Below are positions 11,226 to 24,561 of a stretch of DNA of 51,965 bases, in pieces. Each line of letters opens with the position of its first letter. Position 1 is the stretch's first letter. The notes below the pieces were generated by a model. That model saw only the letters and a program-made list of their open reading frames with translations. It made no database searches and was not told where the DNA came from. The stretch is from Octopus bimaculoides (Eukaryota). The DNA is taken from NCBI RefSeq assembly GCF_001194135.2, contig NC_068986.1, positions 11,736,599 through 11,788,563 of the forward strand. Reading direction: 5' to 3'. The position numbers and the translations under genes are program-made.

Positions 11226-12825
11226 TATATATTCACCTATATAATACAAATATGTGTGTGTATATATACACTATACATATACATAAATGTATATGTATAT
11301 AAATACATGTATAATATATCAACATAAGCACATACAACAAAGCCACACGTGTGTGTATGTGTGCGTTCAAATCAGTCTTTGGATAGTTGAAATATTCCAC
11401 GTCAATGGCAGTATTCCAACATCCATTCTTGGAATGCGCCAACCCGGCCGAAAGCATTAGCTTCGTCAATGCTTTATCGAACGCCTGATCAATAAAGCGC
11501 ATCAATAAACCTACATTTCAAATATACATGATCTCTTCATTATAATCACAAACTCCACTCGGAATTATATTAGTAATTTATTGACAAGGGCTTTGTAATA
11601 TCGATTTTTAACATGAGGACATTGTTATATATTGTGTTGGCGGGGGACAATTGTATGGATCTATTCAAGTCCTTAATTTTATCGACCCAGCAGGATGAAA
11701 AGTAAATTTGGCCTCACCGACATTTAAATTCCGAACGTAAAGAGACGAATCAAGCCTAGTACTTAGTTTTATTGATACAAGACGATGCGACCTCACCAAG
11801 ATTCGAACTACAAACATTAAGGCCACAACATATTTTATACGATAGCTTTATCTGTTCTTTCTATCCATCACCGTAAGGTGAACTTTTCTCTGAATGATTC
11901 CCGGGTCAAATATGGCGAGCTGGCTGAATCGTTACCCGCCAGACACAATGTTGTGCGGTATTGCTTCCGACATTTTGCGTATTATTTTCAAATGCACCTT
12001 TCGAATAACGAAAAAAAAACCAAACAAACAGAGAAACGAGACATACAACATAAAGAACATTCCCTCGAACGCCACGCATCCTTTTCCAAGTAATTTATAT
12101 CTTAAGAATTACGATGCGCGCTCTTATTCTATCTCTTCTCTGTCTATCTATCTCCCTCTCTTGTTCTTCTTCCTTTCTGTTTTTCTCTCCCACCCTTTCC
12201 CTATTCTTCTCCTCTCCCCTTCACCTCCTCCTTCTCTCTCTCTCTTCCTCCTTGACTCTCTCATTGCTCCCATGTGACCAACGGTCGTCCATCTTTCTTT
12301 CCTCCACTTTCTTCCTAAAGACAAGACGTGCTTTTACCTGTTTTTTCTCAAAGCTCGTTTTTCTAGCGCTCATATACTTCACACCGTCTTGGCTTAACAG
12401 CCCTCACCGTTGGTTTTTACTGTCTTCTTCTCATTGTCCTGTTTTTGTTACCACTTTCACCCTCCGCAAAAAATCCCAAATTTTATTTAATTTGCTTTTC
12501 GGGAAGGACTGTTTTAATGAAGTCGCGTATTGTCCTTACCTTCGAAACACGGAGTAGATGAAACTGGGGACAACTGATGAAGGGAATGTTCTTTATATTG
12601 CCTATCCCATTTCTCTGTTTCTTTGTTTTCGTTGTTCGAAAAAAAGTTCGTTTTCTATGGTTTTGTTTTTATGTTTTCGTTTCTCATTGTGCCTACGTTT
12701 TTTTTTAATGTCCTGTACCCATATATGCATGTATATATACATATATATGTAGGTATGTACATATATGTATATATTATTTATATTACTATATGATCGAACG
12801 CCACGCATCCTTTTCGAAGAAAGTT

Positions 12826-12876
<51 letters not shown>

Positions 12877-13144
12877 ACATTGACTGTGATACACGATCCC
12901 TATTGATCGCCCTCCCACCCACGTTTTTTTTCTTCCCGCGATCCCTTTTGATCGAAATCCCCACCTTTTTTTTTCCACGATCCCTTTTGATCGAAATTNN
13001 NNNNNNNNNNNNNNNNNNNNNNNNNNNNNNNNNNNNNNCCCCCCCCCCCAAGAAAAGCTCTACTTTGTAATTTGTCCATTTTCTGTATTTAGCCCTGTGT
13101 GGCTATAATAAAAAGATATCTATCTATATATATATATATATATC

Positions 13145-13385
13145 ACGTGATCGACCAAACTATTGAATGTTTGTTATACATCGCTGGTCCCAATGCGCTT
13201 TGCATCAGTTTAGCTTTCGAAGGTTACTCCGTTGCAGGGTTACCCATTTGTAGGTGAGTGTGGACTGAAGCAACGTGAAATGAAGTGTTTTGCTCAAGAA
13301 CACAACGCACCGCTTGGTTTTGGAATCGAAACCATGATCTCAAGATCGTCAGTGTTACACGTCCAATCACTAAACCGCGCCTTCA
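13145..13385 (-). mobile_element. SINE, same head family as 1031-1350
   Basis: Shares gtggactg.agcaacgtgaaat.aagtg..ttgctcaag.acacaacgc..ggaatcgaa. Confidence 0.75.
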
Positions 13386-14792
13386 CACGTACGCTCACTC
13401 ACACAAAACAAGTGAAAATGGGATTGTTGATATCCTGTTGAGTTCACAGTTTACAGCTGTTCCCTTATAATGTGTGGGTGACAAATCACATAACACGCAT
13501 GAAGGCGTAGAAGAGAGCAATGTCACCGTCATATTTATATTATGAGAGATCCATAGTCATCTAGTCGTAACATTTGTGAATATTACATCAATATCATATA
13601 ATCGATATAACAGTGTCATTGCTCATGGCCATGTTTTCAAACACACTTTATGATTTATCACCCAGTCGTAAAGCATGGAACAAACACCTCTGTTTTTCAC
13701 AGTTACTTTATACTCCGCGACATAAGGTAAATCTCCGACTTTTCGGTTTCTGGAAAATGTTCCTACTGCAGAAACGATCCTTCTTACACATTCTGATAGC
13801 CGGTGTTTGCTGGAGTGGTGCCACAGGCAACAGTTTGGATTCCTGGATCTCCTCGCACTTTATATATATATATATATATNNNNNNNNNNNNNNNNNNNNN
13901 NNNNNNNNNNNNNNNNNNNNNNNNNNNNNNNNNNNNNNNNNNNNNNNNNNNNNNNNNNNNNNNNNNNNNNNNNNNNNNNNNNNNNNNNNNNNNNNNNNNN
14001 NNNNNNNNNNNNNNNNNNNNNNNNNNNNNNNNNNNNNNNNNNNNNNNNNNNNNNNNNNNNNNNNNNNNNNNNNNNNNNNNNNNNNNNNNNNNNNNNNNNN
14101 NNNNNNNNNNNNNNNNNNNNNNNNNNNNNNNNNNNNNNNNNNNNNNNNNNNNNNNNNNNNNNNNNNNNNNNNNNNNNNNNNNNNNNNNNNNNNNNNNNNN
14201 NNNNNNNNNNNNNNNNNNNNNNNNNNNNNNNNNNNNNNNNNNNNNNNNNNNNNNNNNNNNNNNNNNNNNNNNNNNNNNNNNNNNNNNNNNNNNNNNNNNN
14301 NNNNNNNNNNNNNNNNNNNNNNNNNNNNNNNNNNNNNNNNNNNNNNNNNNNNNNNNNNNNNNNNNNNNNNNNNNNNNNNNNNNNNNNNNNNNNNNNNNNN
14401 NNNNNNNNNNNNNNNNNNNNNNNNNNNNNNNNNNNNNNNNNNNNNNNNNNNNNNNNNNNNNNNNNNNNNNNNNNNNNNNNNNNNNNNNNNNNNNNNNNNN
14501 NNNNNNNNNNNNNNNNNNNNNNNNNNNNNNNNNNNNNNNNNNNNNNNNNNNNNNNNNNNNNNNNNNNNNNNNNNNNNNNNNNNNNNNNNNNNNNNNNNNN
14601 NNNNNNNNNNNNNNNNNNNNNNNNNNNNNNNNNNNNNNNNNNNNNNNNNNNNNNNNNNNNNNNNNNNNNNNNNNNNNNNNNNNNNNNNNNNNNNNNNNNN
14701 NNNNNNNNNNNNNNNNNNNNNNNNNNNNNNACGGGGGTAGCTGATGAAGGAGAATGTTCTCTATGTGGCTTGTGTGTTTTCTCGTCTACGAG

Positions 14793-14999
14793 AATGTATA
14801 TCGGCTGAATGGACGTCAGTGATTGGTTGAAATTATCGAAATAAGACAATTTTTTACATGAAATAAATTCGAATACAAAAATATTTTTCTGTTCTATAAC
14901 ACAAAATAGATAAGTATACGAAGTTTGAAAGTCTTTCGGTACCAAAAACACTACGTAAAACATTAATGAAAAATGTGGCCCCCGTTTTAAAAAAGATCC
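14793..14999. mobile_element. Right arm of the Merlin-like foldback MITE seen complete at 26238-26759
   Basis: ~207 bp differing at only about two positions from 26553-26759 and ending in GATCC. Confidence 0.85.
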
Positions 15000-15045
15000 C
15001 AAATTAATCGTTAGCACTTTAATATAAAAGCTAGATCGAATGCAA

Positions 15046-15415
15046 TGAGCTGGCAGAAACGTTAGTATGCTGGGAGAAACGCTTAGCGGCATTTCGTCCA
15101 TTTTTACATTCTGAGTTCAAATTCCTCCGAGTGCCTTTCATCTTTTCCAAAGCAATAAACTAAATACCAGTTGAGCACTGGGATTGATATAATCAACTTA
15201 CCCCCCTCCTCTGAAATTGCTGGCCTTGTGCCTATAGTAGAAAGAAGAGTTATTATTATGGAAGCAAGCTGGCAGAATCGCTAGCACGCCGAAAAAATAC
15301 TTAGCGGCATTTCGTCGATAAAATAAGTACCAGCTGAGCACTGTGGTCCATCTAATCGACTTACCCCTGCCCAGAAATTGTTGGCCTTGTACCAAATTTC
15401 AAAACCAATATTAAA
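15046..15415 (+). mobile_element. Two tandem tRNA-derived SINEs (gagctggcagaa.cg.tagca head)
   Basis: Head plus gttcaaattcc B-box and a gcctttcatc...taccagttgagcactgg core (resembles the Meta-type central domain, from memory); tail aaattgctggccttgtgcc. Related copies at ~17985-18440 (+) and ~30050-30510 (-). Confidence 0.75.
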
Positions 15416-15539
15416 GTTAGACAACCGGGCGAAATGCTTAGCGGTATTTCGTCTGTGTGAGTTTACTGGTCGGACGTCTTATTACTTGCTGCGATGTTTT
15501 TTAGTATAACGCCACTATTGTATGGTTGGCGTTGCTGAG

Positions 15540-16462
15540 ATGGAGAAAATGAAGACGTATGCAGCAGCGACGGGAAGTCGAGCTTCTGTCGTCCCAGGCC
15601 TGCTGAAGCAATATGAAATACAATGAAGACATGGCTGAGAAAATTGGAAAATATAAAGAAATGATAAAGAAGGAGGGGCCAAACGTAAAGTTTACCCCAT
15701 CAGAGGAGGAAAAGACGAAAATGGAAATTGGAGTCGTGGAATATAAATCATTTTCAAGGAAAAATAAAAGAATAGAGAGTGCAACGAAGGAGGAGGTGGA
15801 GGAGTGTTTGAAGGAATTGCAAGAAGATGTGTCGTTTTTTACAAGGGGCAAGACATACGCGTCTGTAGAGATCACATTTGCATCGGAGGAGACAGCAAAG
15901 AAATACGCCAATAAGACGTTAACTAAAGGAAATTGGATGCTCTTTCCCAATAAGTTGGGTAGACGTCCAACGTGGATTAAAGTGGGTAGGATCCCACTGA
16001 AAATAAAGTTGGAATGGGTAATGGCAGCAGTTTTTCCTGAAAGAGAAGAAGTAAGGATAATTATGATAAGCAGAACCCGACAAGTAAATTGTTGGGGGTA
16101 TGGATTGAATGTACTTTTTATAGCAAGTCAGAAAGTTTACAGTGACATACCGGAGACACTGGAACTACCTAACGAGGACAAACTGGACATAATGTTGGAG
16201 GGGAGACCTCCAAAGTGCTACGAATGTGGCAAAAGAGGTCATATTAGAAGAAGGTGCCCAGAAATAATGGAAAACAAAGAAATGGAAACGCAAGAAGGCG
16301 TGATAAAGGAGAGGAAACAGTCACAGGAAGAGGAGCAGAAAGCTGATTTTGAGGAAGCTAAATCAAGGAAGAGAGAAAGGAGGAACTCATCGCCGAAAGT
16401 CGAACAAGGGAAAAAATACAAATCACAGGATCAAGTGGGATCATTGAGGAAAGAGGATAATA
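15540..16462 (+). pseudogene. ORF1 (gag-like, zinc knuckle) of a Tx1/L1-group non-LTR retrotransposon; one frameshift near 15610; runs into a gap
   Basis: ATG15540 MEKMKTYAAA.. then +1 shift into the 15613 frame; an RRM-like segment, LDIMLEGRPPK-CYECGKRGHIRRRC (CX2CX4HX4C) and a basic/acidic tail, typical of L1/Tx1 ORF1p. Confidence 0.75.
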
Positions 16463-16830
16463 NNNNNNNNNNNNNNNNNNNNNNNNNNNNNNNNNNNNNN
16501 NNNNNNNNNNNNNNNNNNNNNNNNNNNNNNNNNNNNNNNNNNNNNNNNNNNNNNNNNNNNNNNNNNNNNNNNNNNNNNNNNNNNNNNNNNNNNNNNNNNN
16601 NNNNNNNNNNNNNNNNNNNNNNNNNNNNNNNNNNNNNNNNNNNNNNNNNNNNNNNNNNNNNNNNNNNNNNNNNNNNNNNNNNNNNNNNNNNNNNNNNNNN
16701 NNNNNNNNNNNNNNNNNNNNNNNNNNNNNNNNNNNNNNNNNNNNNNNNNNNNNNNNNNNNNNNNNNNNNNNNNNNNNNNNNNNNNNNNNNNNNNNNNNNN
16801 NNNNNNNNNNNNNNNNNNNNNNNNNNNNNN

Positions 16831-16866
<36 letters not shown>

Positions 16867-17622
16867 GTTGTTATATTTTTTTTGATAACTTAATAGGTTA
16901 GATAGGATGATGTCTATATTACAATATTACAATAGCCAATAACATGTTGTGCATGTATAGTAATACTACGTATCATGAAATTAACATCAGCTTATCTCAC
17001 TCTTTCTTGTGGAACCCCTAGGAACCTTTTGCGGAACAGTAGTGCTCCGGGGAACCCTGGTTGAGAAACGTTGCTCTACATTAACAGAAAAGGTATGAAA
17101 TTGTTAAACGACTAAATTTTGATATTCTTCAATTTTGTTCAACTTTCTCGAACTTGTTTTCCGATAGAAGATATCTCAGTCGTTGATGTCTGCATAATGC
17201 AGACTTTTGATTCATTACCTAGGCACAAAGCCAATAGTTGAAAAGATGGGAAATATAGTTTACTAAATGCCCCCCCCCCCCGCCATTCCAATTTATTATT
17301 ACTACAGCTTATTTCTATTGATTCTGGAAAGATAGGAAGGAAAGTCGACTCTGCGTGACTTAAATTTCGTTATTAAATATACCAAACTCTTTATAATCAT
17401 TTCCCATTTTAAATACGATGCTGGAACTAAAGTTTTAATGTGAGCTAAATGGAACTTAGCTCTGAGTATTAGAATTAACAACAAAAACAAATTGAAACCT
17501 CAGTTGAGAAAATAAAGAGAGAAGCCTCCACTCAGCCTCAAAACACACACACACAGAAATTTATTCATGCAGTTAGAAAAAGGGAGTAAGGGAGAGGAAG
17601 ATAAATAGATAGATAGATAGAT

Positions 17623-17676
<54 letters not shown>

Positions 17677-19129
17677 TTCAATTTATTAACTGAATATGAT
17701 TCCCTCTTCTCTGACACTTTAGAGAAATGTGCCCACATACATAGAGAGAGAAAGGGAGGGAGACAAAGAGAAAGGGAGAAGGAAAAAGAAAGTGGGAGGG
17801 AGAACGAGCGGGAAGGAGTGAGACAGAAAAGGGAGGGAAAGAAATAGTAAAACGTCTGATGTCAAATAAGTCAGCATCGAATCAGAGGGGCCAATGAGCG
17901 GCGCCAAATAGGCGGCGCCAAGACGTCTAACAGTCTTTCCTTTATTCTTTGTACAACACACGAAGGCGACGAACTGACAGAATCGTAAGCAGACAAAATG
18001 CTTTGCAGCATTTCTTCCGGCTCTACGTTCTGAGTTCAAATTCCGGCGGGGGTAAACTTACCTTCCTTCTTATAGGAATTGTTGAGAAAAGTCCCAGTCA
18101 AATACTGAGATCATTGCCATTCCCCAAAGTGTGTAACCTCTTGCCAGTTTCAGAATTCTGTAAATAAATAAAATAACATGGTGAAGACCATAAAGGTAAT
18201 AAGAGAATCTACGGTTTCGATTCCTGGTTTAATATATTCATCTTCAATTATAATAACAGAAGTAGGGAGCTAGCAGAATCGTTAGCACGTCGGACACAAT
18301 GTTTAGTGTCATTTCTTCTGGCTCTTTTCCTTGTGAGTTCAAATCCGGCTGAGTTCGATGAAATACAGTGCTATTCAAGTACCGGGTTCAATGTAATCAA
18401 CTTGTTCACCCCCTCCTCAAAAATTGCTACCCTTGAATCCGTTAACAGGCCGGCGTCCCGTTCAGAGGGAATGTTGTGATATTATATGCCATGAAAACCA
18501 GGCAACCGACCTTTGTAAGTCCGAGGGCTCAAAGGGGGGGGGGGAAGAAAAGAAAGAAAAAGAGAGGATGACTATCACAGCATTCCATACAATCTCTCCC
18601 TACGAATATAAAACCCTGCACCGATGTAAAGACATATGGAAATTAAATAATCGATAAACAAACAAATAAATAAATGACGACTAGTTATTAAAAGAAATAT
18701 TTGTAATGTCACATTTAAATAGAGCATTGTCTTACTTAGTATAGCAAATATAATGTTTAACTAATCAGTTTGAACGATTGCCCTAAAATTATATGAGAAA
18801 TTAATATTTAATATCCTTTCTAATGTCACAATGCCGGTTTTCTTCTTTCTTCTCCCTCACATACCTTAGACTATAACAGTAGAACTCATAACTTATATAA
18901 CCAGACGTAGCTAGTTAAACTACTTACCTTATATATATATATATGTACAAGAATATAGAGTAAATAAAGTTTATTGATTTAGATATTATAAATATGTAAC
19001 AAAAAGAAACAAAAAGTACAAAACAATAGCATAAAACTGACATTTGAAAGTAAATATAAGTAAATAGAATGGAGAGAGACTTTGACCGAGCAATAAATAT
19101 TTAAAGTAGAAATGACAGATGTGGTCATA

Positions 19130-19669
19130 AGCTACCTGAGCAGAAGCCGGCCTGCAATTGGTCCAAGTTGATCACATGGCCTTGAACTTGCAATCGTCAT
19201 ATTATTAACATAGAGTAGAAGAGCAGCCTGTTGTCTGTTTTGCCTGCTGCTATCATCTCGTTTTTTTCTTCTTGCCTTTCAAACCACGCTTTCGCTGTGG
19301 TGCAGTTAGTTACATAGAGTTTACGACGACTTCTAAACACTTTACATGGACCGATACGCACGTTAACTCCGGCCTTTTATTTATTTATTGGCAGTCAACT
19401 CATATTTCGCGGGGTAAATTTTTTTTTACGAACCCCTTCGGTGAATTAAGGAGAAAAATTGATTTTTGGGGATTTGACAAATAATTTAGTTCAAACCACG
19501 GAATATTTTGCTGGTGGCTGCTTTGATAGAAAGAAAGTATAAAAGAGAAAAGGAAAAAGTTTGAAAAGAATTATTTTCCCCCTTTATTGAAGAAGTGCGC
19601 TGAAAGTTAAAAGACGTAAAGTCGTCCGAGAAAACCGGGTTTAGTGTTAGAAAGTAGAAAACTATCAAA
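19130..19669 (+). promoter_or_regulatory. Probable CpG-rich promoter/5' UTR of the PDZ gene
   Basis: CpG-retaining, repeat-free stretch directly upstream of the ATG; TSS not determinable. Confidence 0.35.
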
Positions 19670-20093
19670 ATGAGCGATAACATGCAGGATACTTGTGAAA
19701 AATTGAAATTACATCCCCGACTTTGTCACTTGATAAAATGGAAAGATTTCAATGGTTATGGATTTAACTTGCATGCTGAAAAAGGCAAAGCTGGTCAGTT
19801 TATCGGAAAAGTGGATGAAGGTTCTCCAGCCGAAGCTGCTTTTCTCTATCAAGGAGACCGAATAATCGAGGTGAACGGGGTGAATATTGGCAATGAGAAT
19901 CACCAACAGGTAGTCCAGAGGATCAAAGCTGGTGGAGAAGAGACCAGATTATTAGTTGTCGACACTGAAACGGATATCCATTTCAAGACCCAGAAAACTG
20001 TGGTACGTGGAGAAATGCCCGAAGTTGCATATTGTAAAACCCCCGACAAACATGGGTTTGCTAGCCCGATTCTGAACTACAACCAAACTGTGG
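19670..20093 (+). CDS. NHERF1: First coding exon of an Na+/H+ exchange regulatory cofactor NHERF1/EBP50-like PDZ protein
   Basis: [83 protein letters not shown] is an NHERF-type PDZ1 (GYGF loop). Consensus donor G|GTAAG at 20093/20094 (phase 1). Paralog assignment within NHERF1/2/PDZK1 is uncertain. Confidence 0.88.
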
Positions 20094-20608
20094 GTAAGCT
20101 TCTCAATAACTTTTCATAATTAGTTTTATTACTTTCATTCTTTTTTTTTTCCTTAAAATATTTTATTTACAAAAGTTAATTAGTAAAAGCGGAGGTGTTT
20201 GTTGTTTGTAAACCTGACTGTTTCCTGTAAGTTGGGGAACTGAAGCGCACAACAAATAATGTCTCCTGTTTCTGGTGGTCCTTAAAGCTGAAAGTGACGA
20301 GTCGTGGGACTTTTTAAATGTTAAAGAAATTTAGCAAATTATTATCTTGTATACACAGTCTTATGTACACGCACACAGTCTAAAGACACGCGCACTCGTA
20401 TGTGTGTGTGTGTTTATATAGTCTTGTGTATATGTACACGCATACACACACAGGTTGTGTACACATTCTTACATATATATATATATAAATATATAAATAT
20501 ACGCACACATATTTGTGTGCAGGAAAAGCTGGTCAAAGGTGCGGCAAGGGAAAGCTATGCGATTATCTATTTTGTGTTCTATCTAAAGAACATAGCTCAC
20601 ATTATTAA

Positions 20609-20644
<36 letters not shown>

Positions 20645-21941
20645 CTTCTCACACAAATGAGATAAGCAGGCACGAGTCAAAAACAGTAGCATATAGAAGG
20701 GAATTAAAAAAAAGGGTATTTATATATATAAACCCTGAGAAGTTGTTTAACAAAGAACTGTACGAGTTGTTCTACATGGTTAACCCGTTTTAAAGTTTTT
20801 CAGAACTACTCTAACTCTGCTAATTTCTAACTTCTAAGTCTGTTATCTAATAAATATATATATATATTATGTATGTATATATTAAACTTTACCCCCTGTA
20901 TGTATATAAACTATTACATATATATCTCTGGAGGGTGTATATTAACTAAGAACATTCGACAAGATAACGGGCTATTTAAGATACCCCCCCCCCCACACAC
21001 ACACAACCTGAACCAGCTTGAATGTTGTTACCTTGTCAGTAAAGCTTTCTTTCTCGAGTTTTCAAGTTTTGTACTAATGTTATTCAAGAAAACATTCTTT
21101 GCCACGACAGCAGTATTAAGGGAGATGTATGAACATGTGAATGAATGAGCGCGCACATATCTCTAGACATACACGCTTCTATATGTGTTGTTAAACTAAT
21201 ATATGTATATATATATATATATATTATTTCATTAAGATCCATCTATTTACTATTGTTTGTTCTTACCCGGTTTTTAAGGGACGCTTTACAGAAATCCCCT
21301 CTCCTCGGGTTTTTTCTTCTCATATCTCCACATAACACACACACACACACACACCGCAAGTTTCTAAGACATGTTTTTATGTTGGTAAAATCAAACAAAC
21401 ACTGGGGGCTGTTGTGCAGTTGTTTCTTGGCTGCTACTGCTTCACCTTTCCGCGACGACATGAAATTATTTTATAAGAAATATTCAGAGGATAATAGAAG
21501 CATTAATTGGTGACAAAACTTCCTTTTGATAAACTCCTTCGCCTCCCACCACGTTATTACTCAGGTTAAAAACATTTGTCCTCCTACAAACCGACCTCCC
21601 TCACGTTTCTGTTAAGTTTGGACTCTTTAAATGCACCTTATTGACGACCGAGGGCGAATAGTTGAGTCTGGTGCGCCTCCCTTTGTGTGTGTGTGTGTGT
21701 GTGCTTGCGAATAAACGCTTTCGCGTATATGTGTGTAAACGTGCGTGTTTATATATATGTGTGTGTGTGTGTGTATAACGCGTGTATATTGTGTGTATAC
21801 TCATGAATGTCTATACATCAGCGCGTGAATATATTCGTGTGTATATAAATGGTTAAACTTTTTGATATTTTGTCTTCATAATCGATATGAAGTATCTGAA
21901 TACGCACACACACACATTCTCGCACACATGCATACATACAT

Positions 21942-21981
<40 letters not shown>

Positions 21982-22006
21982 TCTCACACAGATGCATAAA
22001 TACATT

Positions 22007-22042
<36 letters not shown>

Positions 22043-22068
22043 TTCTCACGCACACACATGCATACATT

Positions 22069-22110
<42 letters not shown>

Positions 22111-22893
22111 CATACATTCTCACACATACACATACATACATTCTCACACACACACATACATACATTCTCACACATGTATACAATAAAAAAGGTTAAAGAT
22201 AAATTTGAACTTTGTTTACCTGTATACTTTCTGCCATTTTAATTATCTATATATGTTTTCTTGTGATAAATTTTGAAAAACAAAAGAAAAACAGAACTCC
22301 CTAAATTTTCAACTATTTAGCTTGTTTCTAGGGGTCTGTAAATATAGACATTTTAACGATCATTTTTCTATTGACAAAATAAAAAGTAGCAAAGACTGAA
22401 CTTCTATATCCGTATGTTATATTTAAAATACAAGCTAATATTTATAACCTTTCCTTTTTTTTAAACCAGGAAGGAACTTAGACTCTATAAACTGTTTGGT
22501 GTATCTGGGAATACATTTTCCTTTGTGTATTTGACAGATTTCATGATTATTCTAGACTAGATGTGTGCATTTGCTGCTTATTTTAACCGTTCGATATTTC
22601 TTTTGTTTCTTCAATAATTTTCTTTAAAACTTTCCGTAATTCTTCTACCCATTTCTTCCAGTTTTTCTAGCTTTGCTAAAAACACGGTTTATATATAATT
22701 CAATTGCTTTTGTTTGGTGCCAAACTACGTATGTAGCTTGTGTAACAATAAACGCGCTATATATCTATATATATATATATATATAGATATAGATATATAG
22801 GGCAGGGAATCGTCAATTAGTAATAAAATTAATAAACAACAATTTTGCCGAGTAGTTCAGTATGAAAAAACCTCTATCGGTAAAACCGTTTAT

Positions 22894-23108
22894 AATCATA
22901 AATACACAGGGATTAGCATTGAGCTGCTTCTCCAACATACTGAGAATTCAGAAATAGCAGTCAAAGAACTACTGATTCCAAACTACAAATTTTTTCTGTA
23001 CCGTTAGAGAAAAAAATTGTCGTTTGGAATCAGTTCTTTGACTGCTATTTCTGAATTCTCAGTATGTTGCAGAAGCAGCTCCTGCTAATCCCTGTATATT
23101 TATGATTT
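22894..23108. repeat. ~100-bp-arm imperfect palindrome of an unclassified element in (TA)n
   Basis: aatcataaatacacagggattagc...ttttttct | gtaccgtt | agagaaaaaaattg...gctaatccctgtatatttatgatt; right end runs into a gap. Confidence 0.8.
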
Positions 23109-23135
23109 NNNNNNNNNNNNNNNNNNNNNNNNNNN

Positions 23136-23179
<44 letters not shown>

Positions 23180-23404
23180 TATGGTTTTTTTAGACCGAAT
23201 TATAAAAATTTTACTTTAAACTGAAGTACTCAATACTTCTGAAGTGTACGTATTTATACTTTTACAACAGGAGTGAATAGTGACTTCGAAGTTTCGACTT
23301 GCCTATTTATATAATACAGGATAAAAGCGATAAGCAGTAATGTGTATAAATATAAACTTGTTACCAGTTCAATTATGCTTCAGGCATATTTGAACCCGTG
23401 TGTG

Positions 23405-23447
<43 letters not shown>

Positions 23448-24457
23448 TTATGTATATTTAAGAGGTTTCATAAAACGTATGGTGAGTGTTAATAAGTCAC
23501 TTCTCATTGTGGGCGGTGCGAGTAAAAGAAATTAAAGCAGTTATAAAACGGATCCACTTCACATAGCACAGATTGTCAAGTAGCAACGTGAATGAGCGCC
23601 TTCAAAGTCAAAATATATTCGTAACTTTGTAGCTTTTAAGCTTCGATTTTTTATTATTGGTACAGATTGAACTTGTCTGGCTAGTTTTATGTAAAGTTTC
23701 TTGCGAATAATATTTTATTTTTTGCGTGTTTGAAGAAAAAAAAATCCTATCGTTATAATTAATTTCTTCGTTGAAAAGGAGAAAAAATAACAAACAGAAT
23801 TTACTGTGAAAATGAATTTTTTTACAATTAATAGTTTATGCACGAATATGTCACGTTTTCAGTTTTTTTTTTCTGTTGTGTGAATTTTGGGGTTTTCCAT
23901 TTAGTAAAGCATATGGTTTCTAGTGAGATAGTATTTAACTTCCGGTATGTTAGGGGCCAGTATTTAAAGATCCTTATGAATGACACACATTACAACTTAG
24001 GCATGCTCAGAGGAGGAGGGAGTAAAAAACAAGGGTTTTTTGTAGCTTTTTTTGCTAAGGGCTCTCTGACATACCTCGTTGCTCCTCCGTCCCCGCTCAG
24101 CTCAGGAATTTTTTGTTAAAATATTTCGTCTTTAGTCAGTTGATACCTTGCTAAATTTTCATTTACGTTAGCATATGTTTAAGATAGATAACTGCCTACC
24201 TCCCACCGCACTATACTTTAAACAGAAAAACAAACAAAACAACCTGAAGGAAAATTAACGAACAGGCTAATACCAGCTATTTAGCACAGCCGAATCCCAA
24301 GTCATAGTCTTCGGTGATGAGAATTTCCTCTTGGTGCTGATTTAAAACTACACACACCACATTGTTAGAGGTTTTTTTTATATCGCTACCATCCACCCCC
24401 TCATTATCATCATCATCACCACTACATTTGTTTATATGGTTGCCAATGACATCTCCG

Positions 24458-24501
<44 letters not shown>

Positions 24502-24516
24502 TCTCTNNNNNNNNNN

Positions 24517-24561
<45 letters not shown>

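Noticed and set aside
11233-11505. Minus-strand ORF MRFIDQAFDKALTKLMLSAG...
   Set aside because: No recognisable domain, no clear splice donor, and it runs into a microsatellite.
12520-12610. Type II hammerhead from ccttc-GAAAC..GTA..ggacaa-CTGATGA-aggg
   Set aside because: Stem I cannot form between the GUA site and CTGATGA, and no GAAA follows a closed stem II.
14735-14790. CTGATGA followed by a GAGA/TCTC hairpin
   Set aside because: No GAAA, stem III or cleavage triplet downstream.
13613-15101. Long ORFs in the supplied track spanning N-runs (also 8517-9455, 10686-11327, 33052-33608, 39890-41501)
   Set aside because: Artefacts of translating gaps and microsatellites.
17890-17930. CCAAT plus two GGCGCCAA (E2F-like) sites as a promoter module
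   Set aside because: ~1.7 kb from the ATG and the gcggcgccaa doublet resembles a common MITE terminus; cannot be distinguished from a repeat fragment.
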